64,000 nucleotides of DNA from Raillietiella orientalis (taxonomy: Eukaryota), in assembly GCA_036172245.1 (NCBI GenBank), contig JAYWIR010000070.1, positions 62,001 to 126,000 on the forward strand, read 5' to 3'. Position numbers and translations under genes: made by a program. The notes under the pieces are model-generated. The model made no database searches, was not told the origin of the DNA, and worked only from the letters and a program-made list of their open reading frames with translations. This document shows positions 24,276-36,955 of the stretch, piece after piece (the stretch's first letter is position 1; every line of letters starts with the position of its first letter).

Positions 24276-27200
24276 ATGAACGCAGATTTCAGTAAATTAT
24301 TGAAATGTTTCACGTCCAAGTATCATTCATTAAGTGATGAAGACAATCTGAATATACAATTAGGTAAGTTTGGTCTTATTAGTTAACTCCAGCAATCTGG
24401 GAGTTTTGTTTACTGTTGCAAAATGTGCTTTTTTTTTTTTTTTTTTTTTTTCCCCTCCTTCTTCTTCTTCTTCTTCCCCTCCTCCCCCTAAGCGTGTTTG
24501 TAATTAATGCTTAGTCTTCATTTGTCCTATTTGTTCCTGCTGTTTACAGTGTGATTCTTAGAGTAGAGTCGGGACGTTTGTAGCTGCAACGTATTTTTGT
24601 TGTGAAACTCGGGGGGACGTGAATGAGGCCATACATGACTTGGCGTTTTCAGCAAGAGCCTTGTGGCTGCTTAGCCAGCAGGCTGAAGAATTCGATGGTG
24701 ACTGCATAGGTTTGCCGCGAATGTTCGGAATGAAGGCGGTGATGCTCCGTGAGGCCGAATGCGTGCCCCGGTCACCTTTCACGTGCTGTCGTGCCCCCCC
24801 TCGGATGCGGGTCAGTTCCGATTCGGGTGGTCATTCATTTTGGAAAAGGGACGACGTGTTCCCCCGGCATGCCGACCGACGACTCCGTGCGTGCCCACCC
24901 ATCCTCGTTCCCGAGAACACGAGTTTTGCCCCGCTCCTCGGAATTGACCCGTCGTCATCTGATTGAGAACGGCTGCTGCCTCAGTTCGTCGGAATTCGAA
25001 TTCAGCTGCCGTTTCCCCGGCTCCACCCTATTGATTGGAAAGTCGCGCCGCGTCCATGTTCTCGTACGTGATGCTCCTCATCTCCGGTGCTCTCGTGTGA
25101 TGGAAGATGCGTGCGGAAACGTCGTCGCCTTTGCAGGTTGTCCAGCACCCTCCTTCCTTCCTTTTTGCGGGGTTTCTTTCTTCCCTTGGCCCCCCCCCCC
25201 CACATTCTTTCTTTACCTCTCCCTCCCCCCCCGTGCGTACCCGTTAACGTTAATGGATGCAAGCCATGCCTTGTATATATGTGTGTGTGTGTGTGTGTTT
25301 AGGACGCATATTTCGTTAATGAGCCGCCGAAAACTAATTAGCTTCATATGTGATACGCGGGAATGATCGGATCGTGATGGATATGAAAATGGATGGCAAA
25401 GCTTCGTAATTACTATCGGGAAACAAAACATGATCTCAACTGATGCTCTGGTGAGGGACGGCAAGCAGCATCATTCAAATTTGAATCAAATTATGGATCT
25501 GAATGCGGCAACTGCCCATTTCTTGTCTTTTCTTTCTTTCCTTTTTTTTTTTTTTTGTGTTTGTTATCCATTTTTGTTTTTTTGTTTTTTTGTTTTTTGA
25601 AGCGAATTCAAAAATATGTATTAGTTATTTCATAAGTTTTATGATAAACTTTTGTCTATTATTTTTCAAGAGTCAATATTGAAAATAATGTGCATGTCTA
25701 TGTACTTTCTTTCACAGAGAGTTCAAAAACAAAGACTTTGGAAACAGAAATATTGCCAAAGCATGCTGTTTCAAATTCGAAAAAAACGGGAAAATGTGAT
25801 TTCAGTTTTCAGTCACTACGTTCAGCACTGGGTTTAAAGTTGCATAATCCTACAAAACATTTGGAACAGCAGCAAGCAGTTAAAGAATTAATTCAAGCTA
25901 TCAAGGAACCAGAAGTGCGATACTCCAATTTTCCTTTTGGTTCTAAAAAGTATCGTTCAAGGAGCGTTGATGAAACTCATGTTCGTATTGTAGGACTCCC
26001 AAGAAATGTGGCAATAGCATCAGGCACTCCCAGTTATAATACTAGTCCCCGTCCAGGTGTGAAACTAGACATCTCATCTAGATCAGCTCTTGCACGATGC
26101 TTGCGCAGAGGCAAACATCTCTGTGAAAAATCTCATTCTGATAATGCATTACAGCGTGCAGGAATTGTAACCCCAATTAACAGTGACATTTCAGCAATAC
26201 AAGATCTGTATAATAATCATCGACGCAAACTGTGTGAACAGTTGTCCCAGTTAAGTCCAGCACCCTCTCTACAACAGTCCCAACCTTTAGAGCAGAAACA
26301 CAAAGCAGGAGAAAATCTTAGGCGGTCTCAATCATTAGAGAAAAATTACAAGTTTTGCATAACTTGCTCTCTCTCTGTTCCTCAAGTGGTTTCATCACAT
26401 TGTGAATCTGTCAATTCACCAACTTTAGTGTATTGGAATAAAGATCATGCTGTAACTCTTGCAATTCAGGACGGACGTCAATTATGGTGCATCAATGGTG
26501 AAGCAGTGGTTACAGAAATGCCTCGGGATCATACAACAGATGCCCAGCGTTCTGCTGGAAACTTTATAAATAAGCCAGCAAAGGGATGGCTGTATCCTGA
26601 CAGTCAGATTGCTTCAGAAGGTGTCTTTTATGCTGTGAGAGTAAGTCAAGTTTCATTCAGTGGATTTCTATTTTCATGTTTAGTACATGGGCTGCGTAGG
26701 AGTGACAACTTCCATGAAAAGTCTTGATTTTGAAACACGTTCATTGGTTGCAAAGTAAGCAGGAATCTTAGGTATCAGTTGACCATACTCTTTATCTAGG
26801 GAATGCATTAACGTGGTGTGCGATGCAGCTGGCATGCGCAGCATGGATAAACGCAGCAAGGTGAGCAGACATCACCAATGGATTGCTAGAATCATTATAT
26901 AGGCGGGTAGGAAAGTGCAGAGCATGATTAGCGAACCAGCCAATATGAAATACTCGGGTAGCAATATCATACTACAGATTACCAGCTCTATATTGAGACT
27001 GACTATAGCCAACAATGGGCAAACACTGCATGTTCATGAAATGCCTAATATTTCTTTTGCATCAGGTGGTGATGCGGTGAGTTACTGTTCAGAGCCTTTG
27101 TCTGGGAACTGAATTCATCCCAGGATATGATGGATTTTGTTGCGTATGTTGCTAAAAGCGATTCATGTGGCCGAGCTTGCTTTGTATTGGAATGTACAGG

Positions 27201-27990
27201 CAGCTTAGCACAAGATGTCATTACAACAATTGGTCAAGCATTTGAATTACGTTTTAAGGAGTACTTCCGTCGCTCAACTCGGAAATGGGAGGCAAAAAGG
27301 TGAGATCATTTCCAACTGCTATGATGTGATGTAAAAGAAACTCGTAGTGTTGATATTACTGTCCCACAACCTGCTCCTTCTAATGCTCAGGATGATCCAG
27401 AGTATTATAATGATCTTCCAGGAAAGATTCCTCCTGATGTTCCAGCTACCATGAAACTTTCTAGCATGACAAAGTTGCTTGAGACCAATAGCATAGTGCC
27501 AGTTTTGGAATCCACAGGCAACTTGATAGACTTGAACAGTGAAGTACCACCTGTACATGAGTATGTCAATGACAGCATGGTGCAACAGCAAGCGGTGAAG
27601 GATCCTTTTGACATACAGATCAGCAGTCTAGTGTTGAGTGAAACTCCATCAACATCCACCAAATCCTTAAACCTTAGTCAGTTAGCACAACTGGAAGAAG
27701 AACCTTGGTTTCATGGAGTTGTCAGTCGTAGAGAAGCTGAACTCCTTTTGAAGACAGATGGAGAATTTCTGGTGCGTGAATCTTTGGATAGTCCTGGACA
27801 ATATGTGTTGACTGGGATGGATGGCAATCAGTTCAGACACTTGCTATTGGTCAATCCTGTGAGGACCAAAGATCGCCAGTTTGACAGTGTATCTCACTTA
27901 GTGCGTTATTATTGGGAGAGTGCAATTCCAATTATGTCTGCGGATGGTAATCTGGTTTTACGCTTCCCAATTCCCCGTCCCAATCGGTAG
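24276..27990 (+). CDS. SHC1: SHC-family adaptor (PTB, CH1 YYND motif, SH2); exons 24276-24363 (putative), 25718-26640, 26684-26754, 26800-26860, 26903-27076, 27124-27299, 27348-27990
   Basis: KPAKGWLYPD...GVFYAVRYMGCVGV...SMKSLDFETR, ISFASGGD, FVAYVAK, RACFVLEC...AQDVITTIGQAFELRFKEY, EYYNDLPGKIPP, SH2 WFHG...FLVRES...GQYVLTG. Introns of 42-48 nt are in phase. First exon inferred from phase and KYHSLSDE; an alternative in-frame ATG lies at 24204. Confidence 0.93.
25280..25298 (+). repeat. (TG)n microsatellite in SHC intron
   Basis: Direct reading of the sequence. Confidence 0.85.
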
Positions 27991-28010
27991 CTGCATTGGG
28001 TAAAAGGTTC

Positions 28011-31000
28011 TCAAAATGAAACTATTTTCGCTGCTGGAGCACAAACAGTTGAAGTGTTGTCAGTGACTGGCACATCAACATCCATTGACATATTTAAGCA
28101 AGCCTTGAAGGATGATACAGTGAGGATTTCTTGTTTCTGCGCATTGGTCTGCAAAAATATTAGTTGCGTAATGCTGTTAGATATGAAAGATAACCTTCAG
28201 CCAGTCACAATCCTTAACATAATGCCAAATGCTTCCACAACGATGGCATGTGCCGCCACCAGGATATCGACCATGCTCATTGTCAGGACATTCAGAAGAT
28301 AAATGTCCCTGTTTTTTACACACGAAGCATCGAGCGTGGGAATCTACAAATAATTTGTTAAATTTTCTAGAACAGTAACTTCCGCTCACATCCAGAATAC
28401 TCTGAAGGGCATTTACTACAGCTGTGTTCTGTGGAACCACATCGGAAACAAATTTCCTTTATTGAAAGTTCAGGACAGTCTTTCAATAAATGTCCAGGTT
28501 GCCTGCAACCAAAGCATACCTAAAAAATTGATGTCAGTGGTATTGGATTGGATTCCCCCCCCTCCCCCCGCACTTTTTTAAGCTCTCGACGCATACGATG
28601 TTCGCAGCGTCTGCGTAACAACTTGATAGCATTATGTATTTCGTCTTTTGAAACTCCCTTTCGCATTAAGTCGAGCCTCGTATGTTGAAGCATTGCAGCA
28701 TCTTCCTTTAGAACAGCAAAACCATCAAATTTCGTAACCTGAGGTGGATTTCACGTGTATACTTCTAATCTCGCTCGCTATCTCAAAACGAACCATCGAC
28801 TCTTGTTGCAAAACTCCAGAATTCGACTTGACGTTTTCCTTAGGCAGACGAGACTTTGATAAAGTATTTAAGGATTTGGCTTGCTCTAGTAGTATTACAC
28901 AGATCCTGGAGAACCGTATATTTAAATACCTTACCTACTCCCTGACATTGACTCTCATCGTGCCCACATTTACTGCAACTGCGATGTGCCTGCATCCTCT
29001 GATTGTGCTACAAATAGAAACAAGCCATAAAATCAAAAGATGGATGGACAATAATACTTCTTGCCTATGATAGCCTTTGTACATCTTTGCTATCACTGGC
29101 CCCTCATATCACTATTTAAAAAAACTCCCATTTCAATCATGAAATGTGATTTTTGTTTTTCCGATAAGCACTCCACCGTTGCGTAGCACACCTTTAAATG
29201 TGTCTTTCGGGAATTTTGCTTTTCGAGAGAAAAAAAAGGGGGGGCAAAATACAGCACCTACTTGTTACACGTTTGCAAACCGTGATGCAACCGGTTGAAA
29301 CGAACTGCACAAAACTAGCCGAAGGTAAGTTTAAAGGAAGACCGCGTGGCTAAATTATACGAGCATAAGCATAGCATGCTCCTATTCCCTACTATTCCCT
29401 ACCTTTCCCTCTCAGGTCACCTCTTTCTACAGCTAAATGGAGCTCCAACGTAAGTCTTGGGATGCACCATCCAAGACGTGGTAAGCATTTCCGTGTCTTG
29501 ATGTATCCTGGCATTTGATGTCAACTGCTACCTCGTCTTTCTTTCTTTTTCTTCTTCCATGTTATCTCGACATTAAACTATTTTTCATTATTGAGAATCC
29601 GAATACAAATCCATTTCTTCGAAAAAATATTCATTTCCGGTTTTTTTGGGGGGGGGGGGAGGGAGGGAGGGGGAAGGATTTTTTTTATAACTGCCTTTGT
29701 CACGAGAGCAGATTTGTTAATGCAGTTCGAAACAAGGTGGCAACTACCGTAAATGAAAAATATAATGAAAGGTGGTTTCAAAAGTGACTTGATAAACCAT
29801 CATGAACACAAGTGACAAAAACACCAGGTGTGAGTTACAGTTTTCTGAAAATTGGTCGTGAAAATGCAATGCTTCGTTCAGTTTACTAGGGAAACGATTT
29901 ACATATGCAAAACAAAGTATAGAGGAAATTTTTATGCTGAAGCACACCCCCAAATCCTAAGGAAAACTTCAAACAAATCAAATTCATAGTTCAAATTCTA
30001 TAAGGCTGCAAACTACCAGTCTTATGTAAGATATGTATTACTTACGTCGAACTCGGTGGATGTTTATATTTGCGATGCGAAAGTATTTCAGTTCATGAGT
30101 TTTACCTTGGTGAAACCTTTTTCTAGCAACAAAATTTCCCGTGATCAGTACAATTCTAAAGGGGTCCCATGTTGAAATCAACAGTCATTACTTCCGTTTC
30201 TTGTTGTGAAGCCTTTCTGAAATTCTCAACTCTTGAACTGACGTGTAGCATTTTTGTCTTGCAGAATCTCTATCTTCTTTCTTCAGGTAAGTTCAAGAAG
30301 TTATACTTCATATCTTATGCAATAACTTTCAGATGGGGCTTGCTGTTTGCAAGTATCCTCCACATCTCTTCCAAACACGTGCAATGGAAACGAATTAAAC
30401 TTCCGTTAATAAATAGCACACTTGCTTTTGGATATAATGTTCCACAAAAAAAAAAATGATGGTGTGGTCCCATAAGATGACTATGACGAAGACCACACTC
30501 ACTACTGATTTCTATTAATCTTGTGCTCTCAAGAGTTCTGAGATTCCATCACCCAGGGTGTCTCCCTGTTAAAAAGCTGTCCATCTAAAAGCCTTCCTCA
30601 TGGATAGCTTCTCAAGATCCCTTTGATCATTTGTTCTCAGGGGGATTGAAAAGCTACTCACATTCCATTCCAAGCAATTCATGTTGAATTAGGCATTTAG
30701 GCATTAAAAAATACAATCCAGAGAACCCTCAGAAAAGTATTTATTCACTTCATACTGCTGAGGAAAAAAGCTGGCTCAAATTAAATGTTTCACATGCTGA
30801 AAGGCAAAACATAAATCCAAAGCACATTTGAGGGAAAGTAATTGGAAGAAAAAATGTTACTAGGCTAGTTGTGGGCAGAAAGGTGCAGATGAGTTACAAA
30901 CCACAACCTACTTCAGCTTTGATTCATGCATAAGTATTCAGGCATAAATAAATGCCACGTGCTACCTAGTTTGTTGAAAAGAGAAAAAAAAAAAAACGCA

Positions 31001-32455
31001 GTTTATGCACAAGGTTCCTTCAGTGCTCCCTCTGTTACATGGAAAACAAACAGAAATTTCACACTGAAACATTTAAATTTCAGAGTGCATTCTGGTGCAG
31101 TTTATTTGCCTACTGCAGCAGATGATGCATTTCATTTGTCTCTGTTTTCATGAACTTGGAAAAACAAGTGCACATGCTGTCCAACAAAACTGCAGTTAGA
31201 CAGGGCTTAGTAATTTGACAAAATTCATGGCAACCAAACATCCTATACAATAAGCTCTTACAGCAGAGAATTTCAAAACAGGATTTTCACATCCAGAGCA
31301 AAACTTGAATTTGGCAGGCATACTAATGCTCTTCCCAAATTCGAATCATGGGAGACTGCAATGAAATCATACTTAATGAAATTCCCTGATTTCTTACTAT
31401 CAATTCTGTAACCCAGAATGACTCTGAATACTTAATTATTATTGAAGTATATTATACATTGCATGCTGATTGTTTTTTTATTTGTATATGCCATCATAAA
31501 CATAATGAGCATTACAATTCAAAATACAACATGCTGTGTAGAATGCATCAACCAAAACATTTACTCAATAAATGCATTCGAGCAATTCAACAAAGTTTTA
31601 TTAACATTAATTTTGGCAACACAATTCTATGTAATATGAGTTACAGAGTTGACAACAAAAATACTAATAGTACATCAATATTGTTCATGTGCAAAAATTA
31701 CAAATAACAGATTTAAAGAGATGGAACAGTCTCCTTACATCTGCTGCATGTTCACCGATTTATTGCATGTACGTCTTCCTGTGCATAATCAGCTTTGATT
31801 CCAACATGTTCAGCTTTGAATTTTTGACTACTACAGAAATTTTGGCAAACTATTGTTCATAATTATAATTTCCCTGCTGTCTTCATGTTGGATTTAAGCA
31901 TATAATCGACTAACGGATCAAAATGCATACCATAGATTCATAAAACTCAACTAAAGCTAATTAGAACTGTAGATGCAATGGTTGAATTACTAATTTGATT
32001 GTTATTTCCTTTAGAAGAAAATTCTTTGTGAATACTGTTGAAGGCAATATCTCTCAACTAACTGCCAAATTACAACTCTAATTTGTGCATAATCACTTAA
32101 TCATCAATTGTATTTATCACCCCAAGTTATAATTTACAGTTACAAGATATCAAACTTGAAAGAATATCAAGTCAGATAATGGAGACAATGATATTTTAAA
32201 TTTTGGTACCTGATCAACTTTTGTAATTTCAGAAAGCTCCGTAGTTGAATCATTCATAGAAATGGACTGAATTTTCTGTTTAGAAGTCTTTGCAGGTACT
32301 GAATTTGTTTCTAAATCATCAGAAGATTCATTTCTTGTATCTGCATTATCTGATGAGCTCCGCAATTCCTGGACCATCTGTGACCAGGGGGTTGCATCCT
32401 CCAAACTTTTGTGATTTGAAGCCTTGGAAGTCTTACTCCTTGCATAGCGAGTCAT
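28011..32455 (-). CDS. ZCCHC9: ZCCHC9 zinc-knuckle protein; exons 32455-32210, 29007-28935 and 28885-28794 (both tentative), 28738-28574, 28519-28390, 28343-28195, 28148-28011
   Basis: N-terminus MTRYARSKTSKASN...EDATPW; KFDGFAVLKEDA...LLRRRCEHRMRRELKKVCFGCRQPGHLLKDC; four CX2CX4HX4C knuckles; CPDNEHGRYPGGG; C-terminus KIVSF. These match the recalled ZCCHC9 architecture. Confidence 0.9.
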
Positions 32456-33089
32456 GCTCACAAGCTCCTTGGCACTAGAAGTCTGCTTCAAAATATTTTA
32501 CATTCTATAATCATGAGGGACGATCAAGAAATGCAGTATATTCTTTTTTACATTTTTATTTCCTGCAATTGCATAATTAGAATTTTACGGTGCAATTTTC
32601 CAACATATGAAACATGAAACCTGCAAACTGAAGATGGCATTCAAGGATTACTAGCACTATTGTCAACACTCTTAGTGTGCTACAATTCAGATAGCAAACC
32701 CAGAGTCCCACGACTTCATTCACTTTGATACCTTTAGCATTTCTCCAAGAAAAGTACCAGGAGCACATGCCACATTTCCAAGAATAGGATTTCTTTTTAC
32801 AATTTTTAAAAAGTGGGTTTAGACAGTTTAATAGATTTGTGATCACAAATGTATTAAGCTTTCAAAAATCACCTCTTACATTGAGCATATTGCAAATCAG
32901 CAAGAATCAAACACCACTTTTCCTGGTAAGGGTAAAGGTGGCTGATTAAGTCAACTGATTTGGCCTGTGAAAACATGCAGCAGCTTAGCTTATAAGCTTA
33001 ACCAATGCTTATCACGTAATTCACGATCCATCAACTCAAACGATCAAAACTTATTAGGAATTGCGCTACTTTTTTCTTCGGTAAATACA

Positions 33090-33500
33090 TCAATGTATCA
33101 CTGCTTCTTTACAATTTTCGCGTGTGCTGGCGAAATTACTTTCAAAAGAATTACCAAAATACGGAAACCTCGTCAAACGGAAAGGGGCAGTGCGAGGGAA
33201 AATGAGGATTTTCCGAGAAATTCGTTGGGAGACCGACTGCGACGCACAACATGGCCTTACGAAACACGTAAGCCAGAACGAACCCCACGGTGAGCTGCGA
33301 CCCCCCAGGGAGCCACTTCTTGCACGCCAACAGCCGCCATGCATCTTCTTGCACGCCAACAGCCGCCATGCGCCTTGTGCTCCAAAGTGGAGATGTGGTT
33401 GGCTGGCAACTTGGATCCACTGAAAGGGCCAAACATCAGAAACAAGATCAGAGGCAAGCTCGTCCTCAAGGCGGGCCGAAAGCACTTGAGGCACACGTGT
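33090..33500. promoter_or_regulatory. CpG-rich island, probable ZCCHC9 promoter
   Basis: Local GC/CpG-rich patch about 0.7-1 kb upstream of the ATG, between CpG-poor gene bodies. Confidence 0.4.
33316..33371 (+). repeat. Tandem duplication, 2 x CTTCTTGCACGCCAACAGCCGCCATGC (period 29)
   Basis: Exact 27-nt copies at 33316-33342 and 33345-33371. Confidence 0.9.
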
Positions 33501-35319
33501 GGCAAAAACGTCTCTTTAATATGTTTAGAAAGATGGCAGGTACTGTTAGAGAAGCATTGTTCCTTCTACCCCGTGATGAAGCACTGGATTTCATTTAGCA
33601 TGTTTTGTGAACCGGACTCAGCAGTAGTTCCTCGTTTTTCTTGAGTTTGTTGTTGTACTTGAAGATTCCTACACACGGCCTTACCCGTGACTCTCTTTTT
33701 ACAGTATGCTGAACAACTGCCTCTTAAAACCGACTTCTACCATTTCATGAAAGACTTATGTGATCTATAATAGACGATTGTCGTTGGTGGCTTATTTCAG
33801 ACTTTCGTGTGGGAAGTCTGAAATAAATCATAAGACAATAAATCATTTCATACCATGAAGCTAAAACAAGGCTACCTTTTCAACCATGGGCATCAACACG
33901 ACTGCATTGGTGAGAATGGAATTGATAAGTTTACGGGAATTGGGATTTCACTTCGTGAGACCCAAATTCTCACGGAATTCACTCTGATTCAAATAACCAA
34001 AATAACCAGACAGTAGTATCAGAATTTTAGCGCGATTGTCAGAAACTTCATCAAAAGGAGATTCATATAGAAATCATCGATTTCCCCATCTTTAAAAAAC
34101 GGTTTTCCAGAAATTCTAATATCTCAGTGTGCTTTAAAACGATCGGTTTGTGGGCAATGGGGCAAAAACATGCCAACGATCAAGATTGTATACTTGAGAA
34201 TATGTCGTTGAGGAGATTCATTGAAAACTATCGTGGAAACAGATTTCCTGAATGCTATTTGAAAGTCGCCCCCGGTTTGTTGATATTAAAGACAGTATAA
34301 AAACCTGTCGGACTTGTCGCGGTAAATGCTTATTATTTACTTCGATTTACTGATTTTTTTAAAAAATTTAATTTAATGTAAAAAATTGCACCGCAAACTT
34401 CCAAAATAATTTCAAAGGTATGTATAGATAAGAAATTTTCATCTGTTGTAAAGCTATACTTTTATTATGGGTTGGGGAAGCTATCTTTTATATGTGGAAT
34501 AACGTAACTGAAGGAAGATTCGAAACAATAATCTCCTGAATATTAATCTGGTAATCAATACTTATTATCACGATCAGTCAAAAGCAAGAATCACACCATT
34601 GCATCAAGTTTTATCTGTTCTTTGTGACATGGTGGAGAATCCACCCCGCTGATCATGCGTATTATTCATAACTGATGGCAATTACCTTGAATTTTTGATC
34701 ATAGAAATGATGAAATAATGCATTCATAGGCGCCCTTCCAAACTGCTTTAATGTCTTATAATAGCATTAAAAAATTCTCAGAAAATTTCGCAGCTATTCT
34801 TCAACCAAAGGTATCTCAGAAAAATAATGCAATCACATTTACCCAGCAATAAATGAGAGCTTGACTACGTACAAATACTGCGATAAAGGTATATTACGAA
34901 TCAGAAGCATTCCCGTTGGCAGTATTTATTTATTAGCTGGGGCACACATCAGAAAAGTCACATATAAATATAAAGAGACGATTCCAAGGGATATATATAT
35001 TTCTGAAATAATACACAAAAAGGAATACGATTCAAAGTTGGGCATTACAACTTTCTTGGGCGTGTGCATCCTATGGTTGTTTTCCCAAGTAACTGTGGCT
35101 GTATAAGATGTAAACGTGTCAGGTTTGTAACCTTATACATATCCGATTATAAAAATTGAGGTTCAAGGGAATACTAAATATGAAATGAAGTTCTTTATGG
35201 AAAAACCCAAGTGAAATCACTTATCCGTACACATTCACCTATGTTCAGAAATGAAAGTTACACAATTTCCCCAAAAAAATCTATTGTTCACATCGATTTT
35301 TTGTATCTTTTTTTACATT

Positions 35320-36955
35320 TTATTTGTTGCCAATTGCATCATCATGGTCCCCTTCATCATCATCATCATCCTCTTCTTCATCTTCATCCTCTTCCTCATC
35401 TAAATCTTCATCCTCCTCCTCCTCCTCTTCCTCCACTTGCTCATTTGCACCATTTTCTTCAGTTTCCTCTTCTTCATTATCTTCATCATCTTCAGATTCA
35501 TTGTCACTGCCAGCTGTGGTGATTTGAGTTTTCTTTTTTCGAACTAGCAGTTTTGAAACTGGCATTTCACTCCCATCATCACCAGACTCATATTTCATAG
35601 TTTTTATCGGTTCTGTGGACTCAGCAACCAAATCTTGCAGCTGACCTTCACACTCAGCTTCATTATGACCACATTTCCTACACACGAACTACAAAAAAGG
35701 AAATGACAAACACAGATGTAGAAGTCCCTTACATTATTTGATCTTGCATTTTCAGCCTGTAAAAGCTTGCAATCTCTCATAAGATGCCCTGGTTTTGAGC
35801 AATGATTACACAACTAAAAAAAATTTAAGCTATCAAGTGCAAGGAGTGCATTGCATGATCTTACTTTAGACTGCACATTTTGCCCTCTGCCAAATTTTCC
35901 ACCTCCCCTACCACCTCTCCCACCTCTCATGTTATTAGCACTTCTGAAGCCACGTGAAGAATTCTAAAATATGAATAAGAAAACAATACTGTCTGAAATG
36001 AAAAACCTGTGATTTTTTATTTGACCAACAGCGGTCCTCTGTGTGACCAACTTTGTTGCATGATGAACATACCTACAAAAACATATTTACTATCATAACA
36101 AAAGAATAAGAGACTTACTGGTCGTTCGCTTTCATTTTTGCTCCAACAATTGTCTTCAGTATGTCCTAACTTGTTGCAATGACTGCATTGCTAAATAAAA
36201 TCAATCATTTAATTAAACCAAATACTTAAATTAAAGTGCACCAAATGAATACTTAAAGTATATTGTATGCTTAAAGTATGTATACTTAAAGTTTCTTTTG
36301 TAAATGGGGGGGAGAGCAATATCGAAGTTTCAAAAATTAGAAATCTGAACATGGTTACTGAATGCTTTCTATATCTTGCATACCATAGAGCATTACATAA
36401 ACTGACTTGTTTAATCCTTCAGTTAAATTTCAACAACTCAAAACATAGAAAGTCCTGCAGGTACTTGCAAAAGTCAGTCTTCAAAAATGTATAAATGAAG
36501 CAACCAATAATAAACAATCTAGGATTTATCTGAAACTTGTTCATCCATAAGTTTAAACAGATATAGAGAAGGTTTCAGAGAATTTGTTTCCAGGATGTAC
36601 AAAATACACAAAAACATATATTATCAGTCACTGATTAAACGTTCATTTTAAAAGTGACCAAAAGTTTACCAAAAAATAGTGAGGACATTTCTATTCATGT
36701 CGGAAATGACAGAAAAACGGTCAAGTTAGAACTGTGATATATGTGATTGCACATATGCAATAAGAATCTTAGCCTACTTACTGGTTTTGAACCTCTTTCA
36801 CTAAACTGCTGAGAATTCCGTGCTTTCTTGGGAGAATAGTCAAAGTCTGAGCTGAAGTCTGTATTTCGTTTTCCACCTCGAGAACGAAATGAGCCTTTTC
36901 CACGATCACGAGATCGAGATCCAAAAAAGTTTCCAGAATTGGCTTCATTAACCAT
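35320..36955 (-). CDS. CCHC zinc-knuckle / RGG protein with acidic tail; exons 36955-36782, 36190-36119, 36072-36007, 35963-35865, 35813-35733, 35688-35320
   Basis: All introns are GT-AG, phase 0. Motifs: CSHCNKLGHTEDNCW, CSSCNKVGHTEDRCW, RGGRGGRGGG, CNHCSKPGHLMRDC, shortened CRKCGHNEAEC, and a long D/E tract. Confidence 0.88.

Noticed and set aside
30456..30510. Box C/D snoRNA-like ATGATG...CTGA with a GTGTGGTC/GACCACAC stem
   Set aside because: Too short, and on the strand opposite the host intron.
34031..34300. Open frame of about 89 codons after a TTTTAG acceptor
   Set aside because: No homology recognised and no linked exons; insufficient support.
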